Positions 28,901 to 37,601 of a DNA stretch of 64,000 nucleotides are shown piece after piece. Numbering within the stretch: the first letter of the stretch is position 1; every line of letters begins with the position of its first letter. The stretch spans positions 132,132 to 196,131 of the forward strand of contig NZ_BMKE01000002.1 in the NCBI RefSeq assembly GCF_014643915.1, given 5' to 3'. Below the pieces are notes generated by a model that was given only the letters and a program-made list of their open reading frames with translations, did not search any database and was not told where the DNA came from. A program made the position numbers and the translations under genes. Source of the DNA: Oceanisphaera marina. Its GTDB lineage: Bacteria; Pseudomonadota; Gammaproteobacteria; Enterobacterales; Aeromonadaceae.

Positions 28901-30898
28901 TTCAGTAGTCAGATCGAGAATACGGGTCGCCTGGGTCGCATCCTGAGTTTCAATTTCGGCCACTTCTTCGTTGATCAGATCCAAAGACTGATGGATTTCA
29001 TCCGCCTGCTCACGCAGTCGATCCAGCTCGACTGTGGTAGTACATTCGGGCAGAGCCCGTTCCAGCTCATCAATGACCTTGAGAAAAGGCTGATACGCCT
29101 GCTCTTTCTGTAACAACCCCAGCAGTCGCTGATTAAGCTGCTCACGGCCGTGTTCGAGCTGTTGCTCCAGCTCCAACAGACGTGCTTCATCCACATAACG
29201 GCCACCCTTGAGACTGATCACCCGCCCCAGCTGGGTTTTGATTCCGGCCAATAATTGAATAAGCTGCGCGGCATCGTCATCCGGGCTCAGTTTGATGCGG
29301 CCCAGCAACGTCTGCTGCTCCTGCGCCAACTCGGCAATGGCGCTATCGGTTTGCTGGCGCAACAGCTGTACCTTGGCAAACTCATCGACGATTTGTTCGG
29401 CGGTGGTGGTGATTTCACGCACCTGAGCACCCAACTTGCCTGCTGCATCGTCATCGAGCCAATGATAGTTATCGAGCGTGCGTCCACAAAAGGTCACCAG
29501 AATTTCATACAGCGAACGGGTCACCTCCTGGGTACGACAATAGGAGACGATACTGTTGATTTCGGCGATACCACGCACCAGTTCGGCATTGCCGATATTG
29601 GCGAAAAAAGGATGTTGATGCTGGTGTTGGTCAGCCTCGTAAATTTCGAGGGTCATGAACGGCGTTTGCCAGATGCGCAGCGGGTGCAGTTTGCTGGCCA
29701 CACTGTTATCAGTGAGGCGAAACATCAACATGCGGCCATCGTTATAAAGGCTGTAGCCGTGATTGTAGTTAGGTGGACTGACGCTTTTCTCGATCAGGTT
29801 GTAGCTATAGTGCAGGTAGGCGCCTTGAACGGGATCAAAAAAGATAAACAGCACATCTTCGCCATTGGGAGCCTGTTCCCGATGGAAATAGCGCATCTGC
29901 CGCCAGTCTTCGTCAAATAGCCGAGCGTCTCCATCGGCCAGCAGATAGCCGTTGGCAAATAACAGGCCGTGATCTTCTGGTAGTAACTTGCAGCTCGCCC
30001 CGATGGCATCGGCGCGCACGACTTTTTCGGTCAGTCGGTTGTACGCCAGATAACGGTAGTCTTTCTCACGGTTAGGCCGCACCTTGAGCAGAATAAACCC
30101 CGCCGCCTCGGCATAATGGACTTCGGTATCGGCCAGCGTCTGGTGGACGTCTTCCACCGGCTCGTTGAATATTTCCAGACCGTCGGGGGTGTTGTTTTCA
30201 ATACGAACACTGAGGCTGCCTGCCAGACAGTCGACAAACAGCTGATCGAGGATCATCAGGTGTGGTCTGTCTCCCTGCACCTGATGATCTCGCCCTGCCA
30301 ACTGCCATTGCACATCCTGCTGGGGCGCTTCATCCAGCTGGGCTTGACCCGGATCGTCCAGATATTCGACGCGACCGTCTGCGTGCAGCTGCCAGCGATA
30401 GACCTTGCGATCTTCCAGCCGCGAGCCAATTTGAAACACCAGATACAACCAGCTGCCGCGCCGGCTGATTTGGGTCAAACGCGTATCTTTGTAGTAGGTG
30501 AGCAGTTCATTAAAGGAGTGGCGAAAACGGGCATCGTCGAGAAAAGTATCCGCCAGTGGCAGCTCTTCTACTCGAAACTGACCGTCATGTTCGACCAGTC
30601 GATATAATCCCAGTACTTCTTCCACGGACGGGACGGCTTTAAGCCCCACTTGTACACGATAGCCAAACAGCAAGAGGCCGTTGATCTGCGCTATGTCTAT
30701 GGGCAGGCAACGATGTTCGGTATGTACATTGACCCTGCCCAGCAGCTCCTGGGCTCGGGCACCAAAGGCCTGTTGGCGAGCCTGATTAAAACTGCCGGCA
30801 TCTTCGGCCAGCGCCTTGCCTTGCTCGGCCAGGCGGGCGCGCAGTATCTCGTAGGATCCTTCGCCGGCCACCGCCTCATTAAGTTGATGTTGTTCCAT
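25973..30898 (-). CDS. Giant (1641 aa) uncharacterised protein with extensive coiled-coil regions and one P-loop AAA+ ATPase module near residue 1320
   Basis: A single uninterrupted ORF. Walker A is LISPPGYGKTTL, Walker B is VLLYLDDIQH, and sensor-1 is ALVMAGNP. Residues about 480-900 are Gln/Leu/Glu/Arg-rich coiled coil. The N-terminal 450 aa show no similarity I recognise. Confidence 0.75.
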   Translation of the reverse strand: MEQHQLNEAVAGEGSYEILRARLAEQGKALAEDAGSFNQARQQAFGARAQELLGRVNVHTEHRCLPIDIAQINGLLLFGYRVQVGLKAVPSVEEVLGLYRLVEHDGQFRVEELPLADTFLDDARFRHSFNELLTYYKDTRLTQISRRGSWLYLVFQIGSRLEDRKVYRWQLHADGRVEYLDDPGQAQLDEAPQQDVQWQLAGRDHQVQGDRPHLMILDQLFVDCLAGSLSVRIENNTPDGLEIFNEPVEDVHQTLADTEVHYAEAAGFILLKVRPNREKDYRYLAYNRLTEKVVRADAIGASCKLLPEDHGLLFANGYLLADGDARLFDEDWRQMRYFHREQAPNGEDVLFIFFDPVQGAYLHYSYNLIEKSVSPPNYNHGYSLYNDGRMLMFRLTDNSVASKLHPLRIWQTPFMTLEIYEADQHQHQHPFFANIGNAELVRGIAEINSIVSYCRTQEVTRSLYEILVTFCGRTLDNYHWLDDDAAGKLGAQVREITTTAEQIVDEFAKVQLLRQQTDSAIAELAQEQQTLLGRIKLSPDDDAAQLIQLLAGIKTQLGRVISLKGGRYVDEARLLELEQQLEHGREQLNQRLLGLLQKEQAYQPFLKVIDELERALPECTTTVELDRLREQADEIHQSLDLINEEVAEIETQDATQATRILDLTTEVVARLNACLARLRQRHQQLRQGEAEAEFEAQLKLLTQAVTSALGQADSPESCDEQQARLMGMIEKLESRFAEFDQFLADIYHKRDEIQSSLESRKQQLLAARQKRLDNLAQAAEITLASIDKRVRRFDQLAELNGYFAADAMVHKLAQLATQMEQLGGSVRAEAVRGRVKTLKEQAMSTLRDNQDIFEQGGSVLKLGRHRFAVNTQEPALTLVQRQQQLALHLTGTDFYEPVVDAELETLSRFGELTLPSESPQLSRSEYLAYCLLQQVERRQEDLSPEVLEAALKEGTLTGLVQRFAASRYRDGYVKGIHDQDAVCLLTALWPLYREAGLLRFGQRARATGLLWLSAQPKIQREHWRRRGQDALQLQQHLGQSSLYEQLQQQLALSIQELGLVAEAIDTRQTADYLLRQLAIDGDILISRDADELASDYLSFRRSLGWQGDSSISVESCAEHQLWLQAFCEQQQRPDSFVVEAAALACLKEHSELVLRPLDFSLAVRVQGLLADHPRLDGGELILSLDDFLTRGEYHQQQVLPAFDAFQARRSTLLEQARDELRPDQFQARPLSGFVRNKLISESYLGLIGDNFAKQLGAMGTARRTDQMGLLMLISPPGYGKTTLVEYIAGKLGMVFMKINCPSLGHEVVSLDPADAPNATAAREIEKLNLGLEMGANVLLYLDDIQHTHPEFLQKFISLSDGTRRIDGVWRGQPKTYDMKGKRFALVMAGNPYTESGEVFRLPDMLANRADIYNLGDMLSDQRAAFELSYVENALSSNPVLAPLASRNLKDLYLLVAMARGEDIALSELEYNYSAHEAREITGVLSRLLQVQQVVLKVNQQYIASAASADDYRTEPPFKLQGSYRNMNKLAEKVMAVMTEQELQRLLDDHYLGEAQTLTQGTEENLLKLAELRGTLTPEQADRWAAICARYRQQHQPVDKVGVIADEMKGIGSHLRTLAWSMMQGTDDKAALVGAADKESIE

Positions 30899-30959
30899 GA
30901 TTAGATGATTCCAGGCTGGTAAGCGAACGGGGGCCGCATAACGGCCCCCTCCTTGCGGT

Positions 30960-33041
30960 TTACTCCTGTTTGGCGTCGCCTGTTACCAGCTGCTGCAGTT
31001 TATCCTGCAGGTTGCCGTTGCCATTGAGTTTGGTCAGCAGGTTGGCCAGCGCCAAATTGCTCACCGTGCCTGTGTCTATCTTGGAATTTTCCAGTACCGC
31101 GCGAATATCGTCGGACAGGCTGCGGCCTTGTTCAGTGTATTCACGCACCAGTGGCTTGAGCACTTCGCTGCTGCCAATGCGGCTGTCGAGTTTGGCGCTG
31201 CTCATCACGGTGCGACGCAGCTCTTCCATACCCTGACCGCCAAACAGCTTGATGTCCGCGTTGGACAGTGCCGTTGCCAGTGCCTTGGCACTGTCGACCG
31301 ACATCGACTTTTGGGCGTCGATACGGGCAATTTCCAGCTCTTTCTGCTGCTGCAGTTCCAGCACCCATTTGTCGTGCTCACGGGTTTGATCGTCAAATTT
31401 CTTCGCCGCTTCAAAACGTGCCGTCTGGGTTTCGGCTTCGGCCAGCCCTTTGGCGCGCAGCGCCTGGGCCTCGGCATCACCTTTGGCTCTGTGGCTTTCG
31501 GCTTCAGCCAGACCAAGCGAAGAAATAGCAGCGGCTTCGGCGTCGCCGGTTTCACGAATCGCCATGGCACGCTCGCGATCCACACCGACCTGCGCCAGCC
31601 CTTCGGCACTGATTTCTTCACGCAGGGCATGGGCCATGCGCTCTTTGGCTTCGGCACGTTTGGTTTCCTGAATCAGTTCGGCCTCGGCTTCGCGGGTCTT
31701 CACATTCAGATCGTTTTCCGCTTCGCGGGTACGGATCTTGATTTGAGCTTCGCTTTCCAGGGTTTGCTTTTCCATCCATTCCTGAGCAGCCTGCTTCTCG
31801 GTGCGGGCCATGACCACGGAGCGAATGCCCTCGGCTTCGGCTGCCGCCTCGGCCTCTACCAGGCGCACTTTTTTCTCGCGCTCGACAAGCTGGAAGGCGC
31901 GCAAATTGGCGGTTTCTTCTTCTTCACGTGCTATCTTGCGCTCGATTTCAACTCGCTGAGATTGCGTTTCCACCACCGCCTTGCGGGCTTCTTCCAGCGC
32001 AGCCTCTTTCTCCATGGTCTGCTGGGCAATTTCCCGCTCGGTACGTACCCGTTCGGTTTCCTTGGCGCGATTGACTTCTTCCTGCTGAATAGCCACCTGA
32101 CGCTCGTTGCTGCTGCGGGTTAAATCCACTTCCATCTGCAACGATTCCTGGCGCTTGGCCACGTTTTCTTCGGTCTGCAGACGCGCCAGTTCTTTTTGAC
32201 TGACATATTCCTGACGCTTCTCTTCGGTCAGGGCTTCTTCTTGAGCACGAATGATCTCGATTTCGCGCTTTACGCGAGCCAGGTTTTCCTGCTCCTGCTT
32301 ATCAAGCTGAGCGCGGTTGCTTTCGGCCTCTACGTTCTTTTGCTTGATTAAGGTTTGCTCGTCCTGACGAATGGCGTTGGTTTCAATATTTTTACTGGAG
32401 GTAATAGAAGCAATCTTGCGAATACCTTCCACATCCAATACGTTTTGCGGATCGTGGGCGTCAAAACAGGTCTGATCTACGCGGTCAATAACCACATCGT
32501 AGATCTTGAACCCATCCATCTCGGAGCCAATCACTTCCACCACAGCATCCCGAAATTCACGGCGGTTGGTGAGCAGCTCTTCAAATTCAAACTGCTTAAC
32601 GGCGGTTTTCAGGGCCTCTGAGAATTTGGGCTGAAAATGTTCTTTCAGCCGATCCAGCTGAGACGCACCAATGGTGGTGAACAGCTTGGCCACGCGAATA
32701 ATATCTTCTTCTTCGTGGTTAACACCGATATAGAAGTCTACTTTCAGGTCGGCACGAATATTATCCCGGCAATGCAAACCTTCCGATTCCTCACCCAACT
32801 GGTCTTTACGACCACTGCGGATCACCGAAATTTTCTTGCGCGTGATATCCATAAACTCACCGCGATTAACGACAGGCCACACAAAGGCACCGGTAAGCGT
32901 AGCGCGCGTCCGTCTGCTGCCGTTAACAATAAGTGCTTCACCTTCATGGCGTATTTTGTAATAGCGGCTGGTCAGAAAAACAAGTATCAAGACTATCAGG
33001 CCGGCAAGCCCACCGACAAAATAGTACAAAGGGGTAAACAT
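30960..33041 (-). CDS. Flotillin / SPFH (band-7) family protein, YqiK-like but extended (693 aa)
   Basis: N-terminal TM helix, then an SPFH domain, then a Glu/Ala/Arg/Lys-rich coiled coil of about 320 residues with repetitive EAE/AEA heptads. Confidence 0.8.
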   Translation of the reverse strand: MFTPLYYFVGGLAGLIVLILVFLTSRYYKIRHEGEALIVNGSRRTRATLTGAFVWPVVNRGEFMDITRKKISVIRSGRKDQLGEESEGLHCRDNIRADLKVDFYIGVNHEEEDIIRVAKLFTTIGASQLDRLKEHFQPKFSEALKTAVKQFEFEELLTNRREFRDAVVEVIGSEMDGFKIYDVVIDRVDQTCFDAHDPQNVLDVEGIRKIASITSSKNIETNAIRQDEQTLIKQKNVEAESNRAQLDKQEQENLARVKREIEIIRAQEEALTEEKRQEYVSQKELARLQTEENVAKRQESLQMEVDLTRSSNERQVAIQQEEVNRAKETERVRTEREIAQQTMEKEAALEEARKAVVETQSQRVEIERKIAREEEETANLRAFQLVEREKKVRLVEAEAAAEAEGIRSVVMARTEKQAAQEWMEKQTLESEAQIKIRTREAENDLNVKTREAEAELIQETKRAEAKERMAHALREEISAEGLAQVGVDRERAMAIRETGDAEAAAISSLGLAEAESHRAKGDAEAQALRAKGLAEAETQTARFEAAKKFDDQTREHDKWVLELQQQKELEIARIDAQKSMSVDSAKALATALSNADIKLFGGQGMEELRRTVMSSAKLDSRIGSSEVLKPLVREYTEQGRSLSDDIRAVLENSKIDTGTVSNLALANLLTKLNGNGNLQDKLQQLVTGDAKQE

Positions 33042-33096
33042 TATCGTGCTCCTAGTTATAGTGATTTTTTTTGGGGGGATATCAAATAACAGACAA

Positions 33097-33690
33097 TTAT
33101 TGCTTGGTGATGAAATATCGCCGAGTCACATCATTGAAAGAAAGAATGCGAACTTCATCTCCATAATGCAGCTCTTCTTTATCATCACAATAAACATCAA
33201 GCTGATTTTCCACACTGCCACGAGTCACCACCACTTCACCGAAGTGTGCGCCCACTCGAGAAGTACGAACTCGAGCACGCATACCAATGTAATTGATGCT
33301 GGCGTAAACGCGGCTCTGATCAAACAAGGGAGCCAAAGGCTTCAGTATCCATGCAGCAAGGTAGAGACTGAGGTAACATGCCAGCGGTATGGCCAGAGTG
33401 GCGAGCGTATAAAACAGCCAGGCAGGAACCAAAGGCGTCACCAAATGAGAAAACATAAATAGTTCGGCCGTGGCTAAAAAAAACACCAAGGGTAAACTGA
33501 CCACGATGGGAATTTGAGTGATGCCTATGGGTAACAGCATATCGGGCAAGTCTGCGTCCACGTTCAGGCTGGGTAACAGCTCGTCAAACAAGCCGGTAAA
33601 TACCGAAAAGAGTAGCAGCAGTAAAAATAGCAAAAAGGGAATCGCTGTCATCACAACAGGAAAGGCAAAAAACGTTTGCCATACGTCCAT
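33097..33690 (-). CDS. YqiJ/NfeD-like inner-membrane protein (DUF1449) with a C-terminal OB-fold
   Basis: 197 aa with four TM helices and a soluble C-terminus (…GEVVVTRGSVENQLDVYCDDKEELHYGDEVRILSF…). It lies 55 nt upstream of the flotillin gene, as in yqiJK/nfeD-floT pairs. Confidence 0.7.
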   Translation of the reverse strand: MDVWQTFFAFPVVMTAIPFLLFLLLLLFSVFTGLFDELLPSLNVDADLPDMLLPIGITQIPIVVSLPLVFFLATAELFMFSHLVTPLVPAWLFYTLATLAIPLACYLSLYLAAWILKPLAPLFDQSRVYASINYIGMRARVRTSRVGAHFGEVVVTRGSVENQLDVYCDDKEELHYGDEVRILSFNDVTRRYFITKQ

Positions 33691-33816
33691 GATAAGGTCT
33701 CGTTTGTATGTTTACCCGATACTAAATGCGTATTCCAAAGTGAGCATCATATGCAGCATTTATTTTTGTGCTGCGCACAATCGAAAAGGAAACTAACAAA
33801 GCCATCTGCAATCGTC

Positions 33817-33841
33817 AACGTTAATATTTTATATTAACGTT
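33817..33841. promoter_or_regulatory. Perfect 11-bp inverted repeat AACGTTAATAT-ttt-ATATTAACGTT, about 125 bp upstream of the yqiJ-like gene; candidate operator
   Basis: Direct reading. It lies in the AT-rich divergent region between the yqiJ-like gene and acs. Confidence 0.5.
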
Positions 33842-34298
33842 ATTCACCCAACGACTTTCCAACCTTTTATAAGACCCAGTAAAATTCATCCTGTCGTAAT
33901 TTAAATAGTCGTTACCCCTCTAAATTCAGGGTGATTTAGTCGTACATACTGCTCTTGCTCAGCCATCGTCTTTAAAATAAAATCTTGCTAATAAATATCC
34001 AGCAACAGGCGCAGACCTTAACCTTTACTCATGCTCGTCACTAACATCAGAAAGCCGACGGCTTTGTTCATACTTCAAGCGGCATTTGCTATCGCTTTAC
34101 AACACGCATGCTACATGCGTGAATTTTGAACAAGCCGTACACTATCTGCATACAAACCAACAACAAAGCCTGCAAACTATGCTAGTAATGAGACATGGCT
34201 AGCCAAAAGTCTAATTGAGCGTGACGGCCTTCTGCGTCACCTTGTTACACAATAGTTACACCCCAGGGGTTATTGGTACTACACCAAGGAGCGGAATA

Positions 34299-36248
34299 AT
34301 GAGTGAAGTTAAGGTTCATCCTGTCATGGCACATATTGCCGAACATGCCCTGATAGACGATGCAGGCTATAAAAGCATGTATCAGGAGTCTATCGAGAAC
34401 CCAGAGAAATTCTGGGGCGAACAAGGTAAGCGTTTAGACTGGATAAAGCCCTATACCAAGGTAAAGAATACCTCTTACGATCCGGGCCATATCAACATCA
34501 AGTGGTTTGAAGACGGTACCCTTAACCTGTCCGCCAACTGCATCGACAGGCATCTGGCGACCAAGGCCGATGAGGTGGCTATTATCTGGGAAGGTGACAG
34601 CCCCGACGACGACAAAAAAGTCACCTACCGCGAGCTGCACGAGCAGGTGTGCCGCTTTGCCAACGTATTGAAAGCACACGGCGTGAAAAAAGGCGACGTG
34701 GTCAGTTTATATATGCCCATGGTAGTGGAAGCCGCCGTGGCCATGCTGGCCTGTGCGCGCATTGGCGCCGTACATTCGGTGGTGTTTGGTGGCTTTTCTC
34801 CCGACGCCGTAGCCAGCCGTATCATCGACTCCAATGCCAAACTGGTGATCACCGCCGACGAAGGCCTGCGCGGCGGTCGTACCGTGCCGCTGAAAGCCAA
34901 CGTGGATGCGGCACTGGCCAAGCCGGGGGTGAGTGCAGACTGTAAAGTCATTGTTTACCGTCGCACCGGTGGCGATGTTGCCTGGGACGAGTCTCGCAAT
35001 ATCTGGTGGCATGAAGCCGCCGCCAAGGTAGACGCCGTTTGCGAGCCCGAAGAAATGAACGCCGAAGATCCGCTGTTCATACTCTATACCTCGGGCTCTA
35101 CCGGTACCCCAAAAGGCGTATTGCACACCACCGGGGGGTATCTGGTGTATGCCGCCATGACCTTCAAGTACATCTTCGACTATCACGACGGCGACGTGCA
35201 CTGGTGTACCGCAGACGTCGGCTGGGTGACCGGCCACACCTATATTCTGTATGGCCCGCTGGCCAATGGCGCCACCACCCTGATGTTCGAGGGGGTGCCC
35301 AATTACCCGAAAACCAATCGCATGAGCCAGATTGTCGACAAGCACCAGGTCAATATTCTGTATACCGCTCCTACCGCCATTCGCGCCTTCATGGCCAAGG
35401 GCGATGAAGCAGTAGAAGGCACCAGCCGTGCCAGCCTGCGCATTCTGGGCTCTGTGGGTGAGCCCATCAACCCAGAAGCCTGGGAATGGTATTACCGGGT
35501 GATTGGCGACGAACGCTGCCCGATAGTGGATACCTGGTGGCAAACCGAAACCGGCGGTATCCTGATTTCTCCGCTGCCCGGCGCCACCCTGCTCAAGGCC
35601 GGCTCGGCTACCCGCCCCTTCTTTGGCGTACAGCCCGCCCTGGTGGACGGGGAAGGCAATATTCTGGACGGCGCCACCGATGGTAACCTGGTTATTCTGG
35701 ACTCCTGGCCGGGACAGATGCGTACCATCTACGGCGACCACGACCGCTTTGAACAAACCTACTTTTCGACCTTCCCCGGCACCTACTTCTGTGGTGATGG
35801 CGCTAAGCGCGACGAAGACGGTTACTACTGGATTACCGGTAGGGTAGACGATGTGCTGAACGTGTCTGGCCACCGCATGGGCACCGCCGAAATTGAGTCG
35901 GCATTGGTGGCGCATCCCAAAATTGCCGAAGCGGCCATTGTGGGCGTGCCTCACGACATCAAGGGCCAGGGTATTTACGCCTACATCACCTTGAATGCCG
36001 GCGAAGTACCCAGTGCCGAGCTGCATAAAGAGGTAAAAGACTGGGTGCGTAAAGAAATTGGCCCTATTGCCACGCCCGATGTCATCCACTGGGCCGAAGG
36101 CCTGCCCAAGACTCGATCAGGTAAAATCATGCGCCGTATTCTGCGCAAGATTGCCACCGGCGAAACCGATACCCTGGGCGATACCTCGACCCTGGCTGAT
36201 CCGGCCGTGGTTGACCGTCTGATAGAAGAGCGGGTTCGTCTGGGTTGA
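34299..36248 (+). CDS. acs: Acetyl-CoA synthetase
   Basis: 650 aa from [19 protein letters not shown]…, near-identical to Acs. The start is trimmed from ORF position 34215. Confidence 0.95.
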   Translation: MSEVKVHPVMAHIAEHALIDDAGYKSMYQESIENPEKFWGEQGKRLDWIKPYTKVKNTSYDPGHINIKWFEDGTLNLSANCIDRHLATKADEVAIIWEGDSPDDDKKVTYRELHEQVCRFANVLKAHGVKKGDVVSLYMPMVVEAAVAMLACARIGAVHSVVFGGFSPDAVASRIIDSNAKLVITADEGLRGGRTVPLKANVDAALAKPGVSADCKVIVYRRTGGDVAWDESRNIWWHEAAAKVDAVCEPEEMNAEDPLFILYTSGSTGTPKGVLHTTGGYLVYAAMTFKYIFDYHDGDVHWCTADVGWVTGHTYILYGPLANGATTLMFEGVPNYPKTNRMSQIVDKHQVNILYTAPTAIRAFMAKGDEAVEGTSRASLRILGSVGEPINPEAWEWYYRVIGDERCPIVDTWWQTETGGILISPLPGATLLKAGSATRPFFGVQPALVDGEGNILDGATDGNLVILDSWPGQMRTIYGDHDRFEQTYFSTFPGTYFCGDGAKRDEDGYYWITGRVDDVLNVSGHRMGTAEIESALVAHPKIAEAAIVGVPHDIKGQGIYAYITLNAGEVPSAELHKEVKDWVRKEIGPIATPDVIHWAEGLPKTRSGKIMRRILRKIATGETDTLGDTSTLADPAVVDRLIEERVRLG

Positions 36249-36275
36249 ATCACGTCAGCATGAAATAATGAATAT

Positions 36276-36299
36276 CGCCGCCTGCGGGCGGCTTTTTTG
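36276..36299 (+). terminator. Rho-independent terminator after acs
   Basis: cgccgcc-tgc-gggcggc stem followed by TTTTTT. Confidence 0.7.
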
Positions 36300-36632
36300 T
36301 GCGCTGGCAGCAAAACTTCTCGCCGTATCACTTATTTGATGTAACTCTCATGTTAATGTCTAAAAATGTCGTATTGGTAACAGAAGCTAGCTACATTGCG
36401 TGCTGGTGCCGCTATCATGATGCCGCATCGGGTTGAAGGCCATCTTCTGTTACCAGGATTTAACCTGCCTTCAGTGATTAGACCAGTAAATTGCTGCCAA
36501 TTTCCACGAAATCACTATAATTGGCCGATATGAGTCGAGCCGCACGATTTTATTTGCCAGCAATAGGTAAAAACGGCTAGGCTTCCGGTTACTCGATATG
36601 AACACTGCAAGATTGACGAGGATTGCTGCACA

Positions 36633-37082
36633 ATGGCCGATGAATACCGAATTCTGTTGCTTAACGGACCCAATTTAAATCTGTTGGGCCAGCGCGAACC
36701 CGGCATCTATGGTCAGAACAGTCTGGCTGATATTGTTACTCGCCTGACCCAACAGGCAGCCGAGCGTAATATCACCCTCAGTCACCTGCAGTCTAATGCC
36801 GAACATCAACTGATTGACGCCATTCACCAGGCCTATGGCCAGCAGGATTTTATTATTATCAATCCTGCTGCATTTACGCACACCAGCGTGGCCATTCGTG
36901 ATGCCCTGTTAGGAGTGAATATTCCTTTCATCGAGGTGCATCTGTCGAACGTGCATGCCCGTGAGCCGTTTCGTCATCACTCTTATCTGGCCGATAAGGC
37001 GGTAGGCGTGATCTGTGGTTTTGGCGCCAATGGTTACGAATTTGCCCTGGAAGCGGCGGCGAGACATTTAAGCCACCGTTAA
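36633..37082 (+). CDS. aroQ: 3-dehydroquinate dehydratase, type II
   Basis: 149 aa starting [23 protein letters not shown]…. Confidence 0.95.
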   Translation: MADEYRILLLNGPNLNLLGQREPGIYGQNSLADIVTRLTQQAAERNITLSHLQSNAEHQLIDAIHQAYGQQDFIIINPAAFTHTSVAIRDALLGVNIPFIEVHLSNVHAREPFRHHSYLADKAVGVICGFGANGYEFALEAAARHLSHR

Positions 37083-37120
37083 CTCCCCAAGCTCAGTACT
37101 AACATAACAAGAGAACGCTC

Positions 37121-37591
37121 ATGGATATTCGTAAAATTAAAAAACTGATCGAACTGGTTGAAGAGTCTGGCATCGCCGAACTGGAAATTTCCGAAGGCGA
37201 AGAATCCGTTCGCATCAGCCGTTACGGTAATCCCGGCCAGCAAGTCATGCAGCCCCAATATCAGCAATTTCAAGCAGCTCCCGCTCCTGCACCGGCCCCC
37301 ATGGCTGCCGCCTTGTCTCCTGCGGCTACAGAAGAAGCTGCCGCCCCGGCCGTTAGCGGCCATGTGATGCGTTCGCCCATGGTTGGCACCTTCTACCGTG
37401 CTTCTAGCCCGGGTGCTAAAAACTTCGCCGAAGTAGGCCAGACGGTCAATGCCGGTGACACCCTGTGCATTGTTGAAGCCATGAAGATGATGAACCAGAT
37501 TGAAGCCGACAAGAGCGGCGTGATCAAAGCCATTCTGATCGACAATGGCGAGCCGGTTGAATTTGACGAGCCGCTGTTCATCATCGAATAA
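37121..37591 (+). CDS. accB: Acetyl-CoA carboxylase biotin carboxyl carrier protein
   Basis: Ala/Pro-rich linker and the biotinylation motif EAMKMMN. Confidence 0.95.
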   Translation: MDIRKIKKLIELVEESGIAELEISEGEESVRISRYGNPGQQVMQPQYQQFQAAPAPAPAPMAAALSPAATEEAAAPAVSGHVMRSPMVGTFYRASSPGAKNFAEVGQTVNAGDTLCIVEAMKMMNQIEADKSGVIKAILIDNGEPVEFDEPLFIIE

Positions 37592-37601
37592 AGGAATTCT
37601 C

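Noticed and set aside
25970-30607. Long plus-strand ORFs (444, 292, 221 and 163 aa) opposite the 1641-aa gene. Similar antisense ORFs lie opposite acs (34707-36089), ribBA (16265-17062), glyA (19562-20512), the flotillin gene (31128-32123) and the BCCT transporter gene (50850-51626).
   Set aside because: They lie entirely within genes that have strong, full-length homology on the other strand. Their products are low-complexity (Arg/Gly/His/Gln-rich), which is typical of antisense reading of GC-rich coding DNA. No RBS or homology supports them.
33766-33780. CRP site upstream of acs
   Set aside because: TTGTGC-N3-GCACAA has the wrong half-site spacing for CRP (TGTGA-N6-TCACA). It is kept only as an unassigned palindrome.
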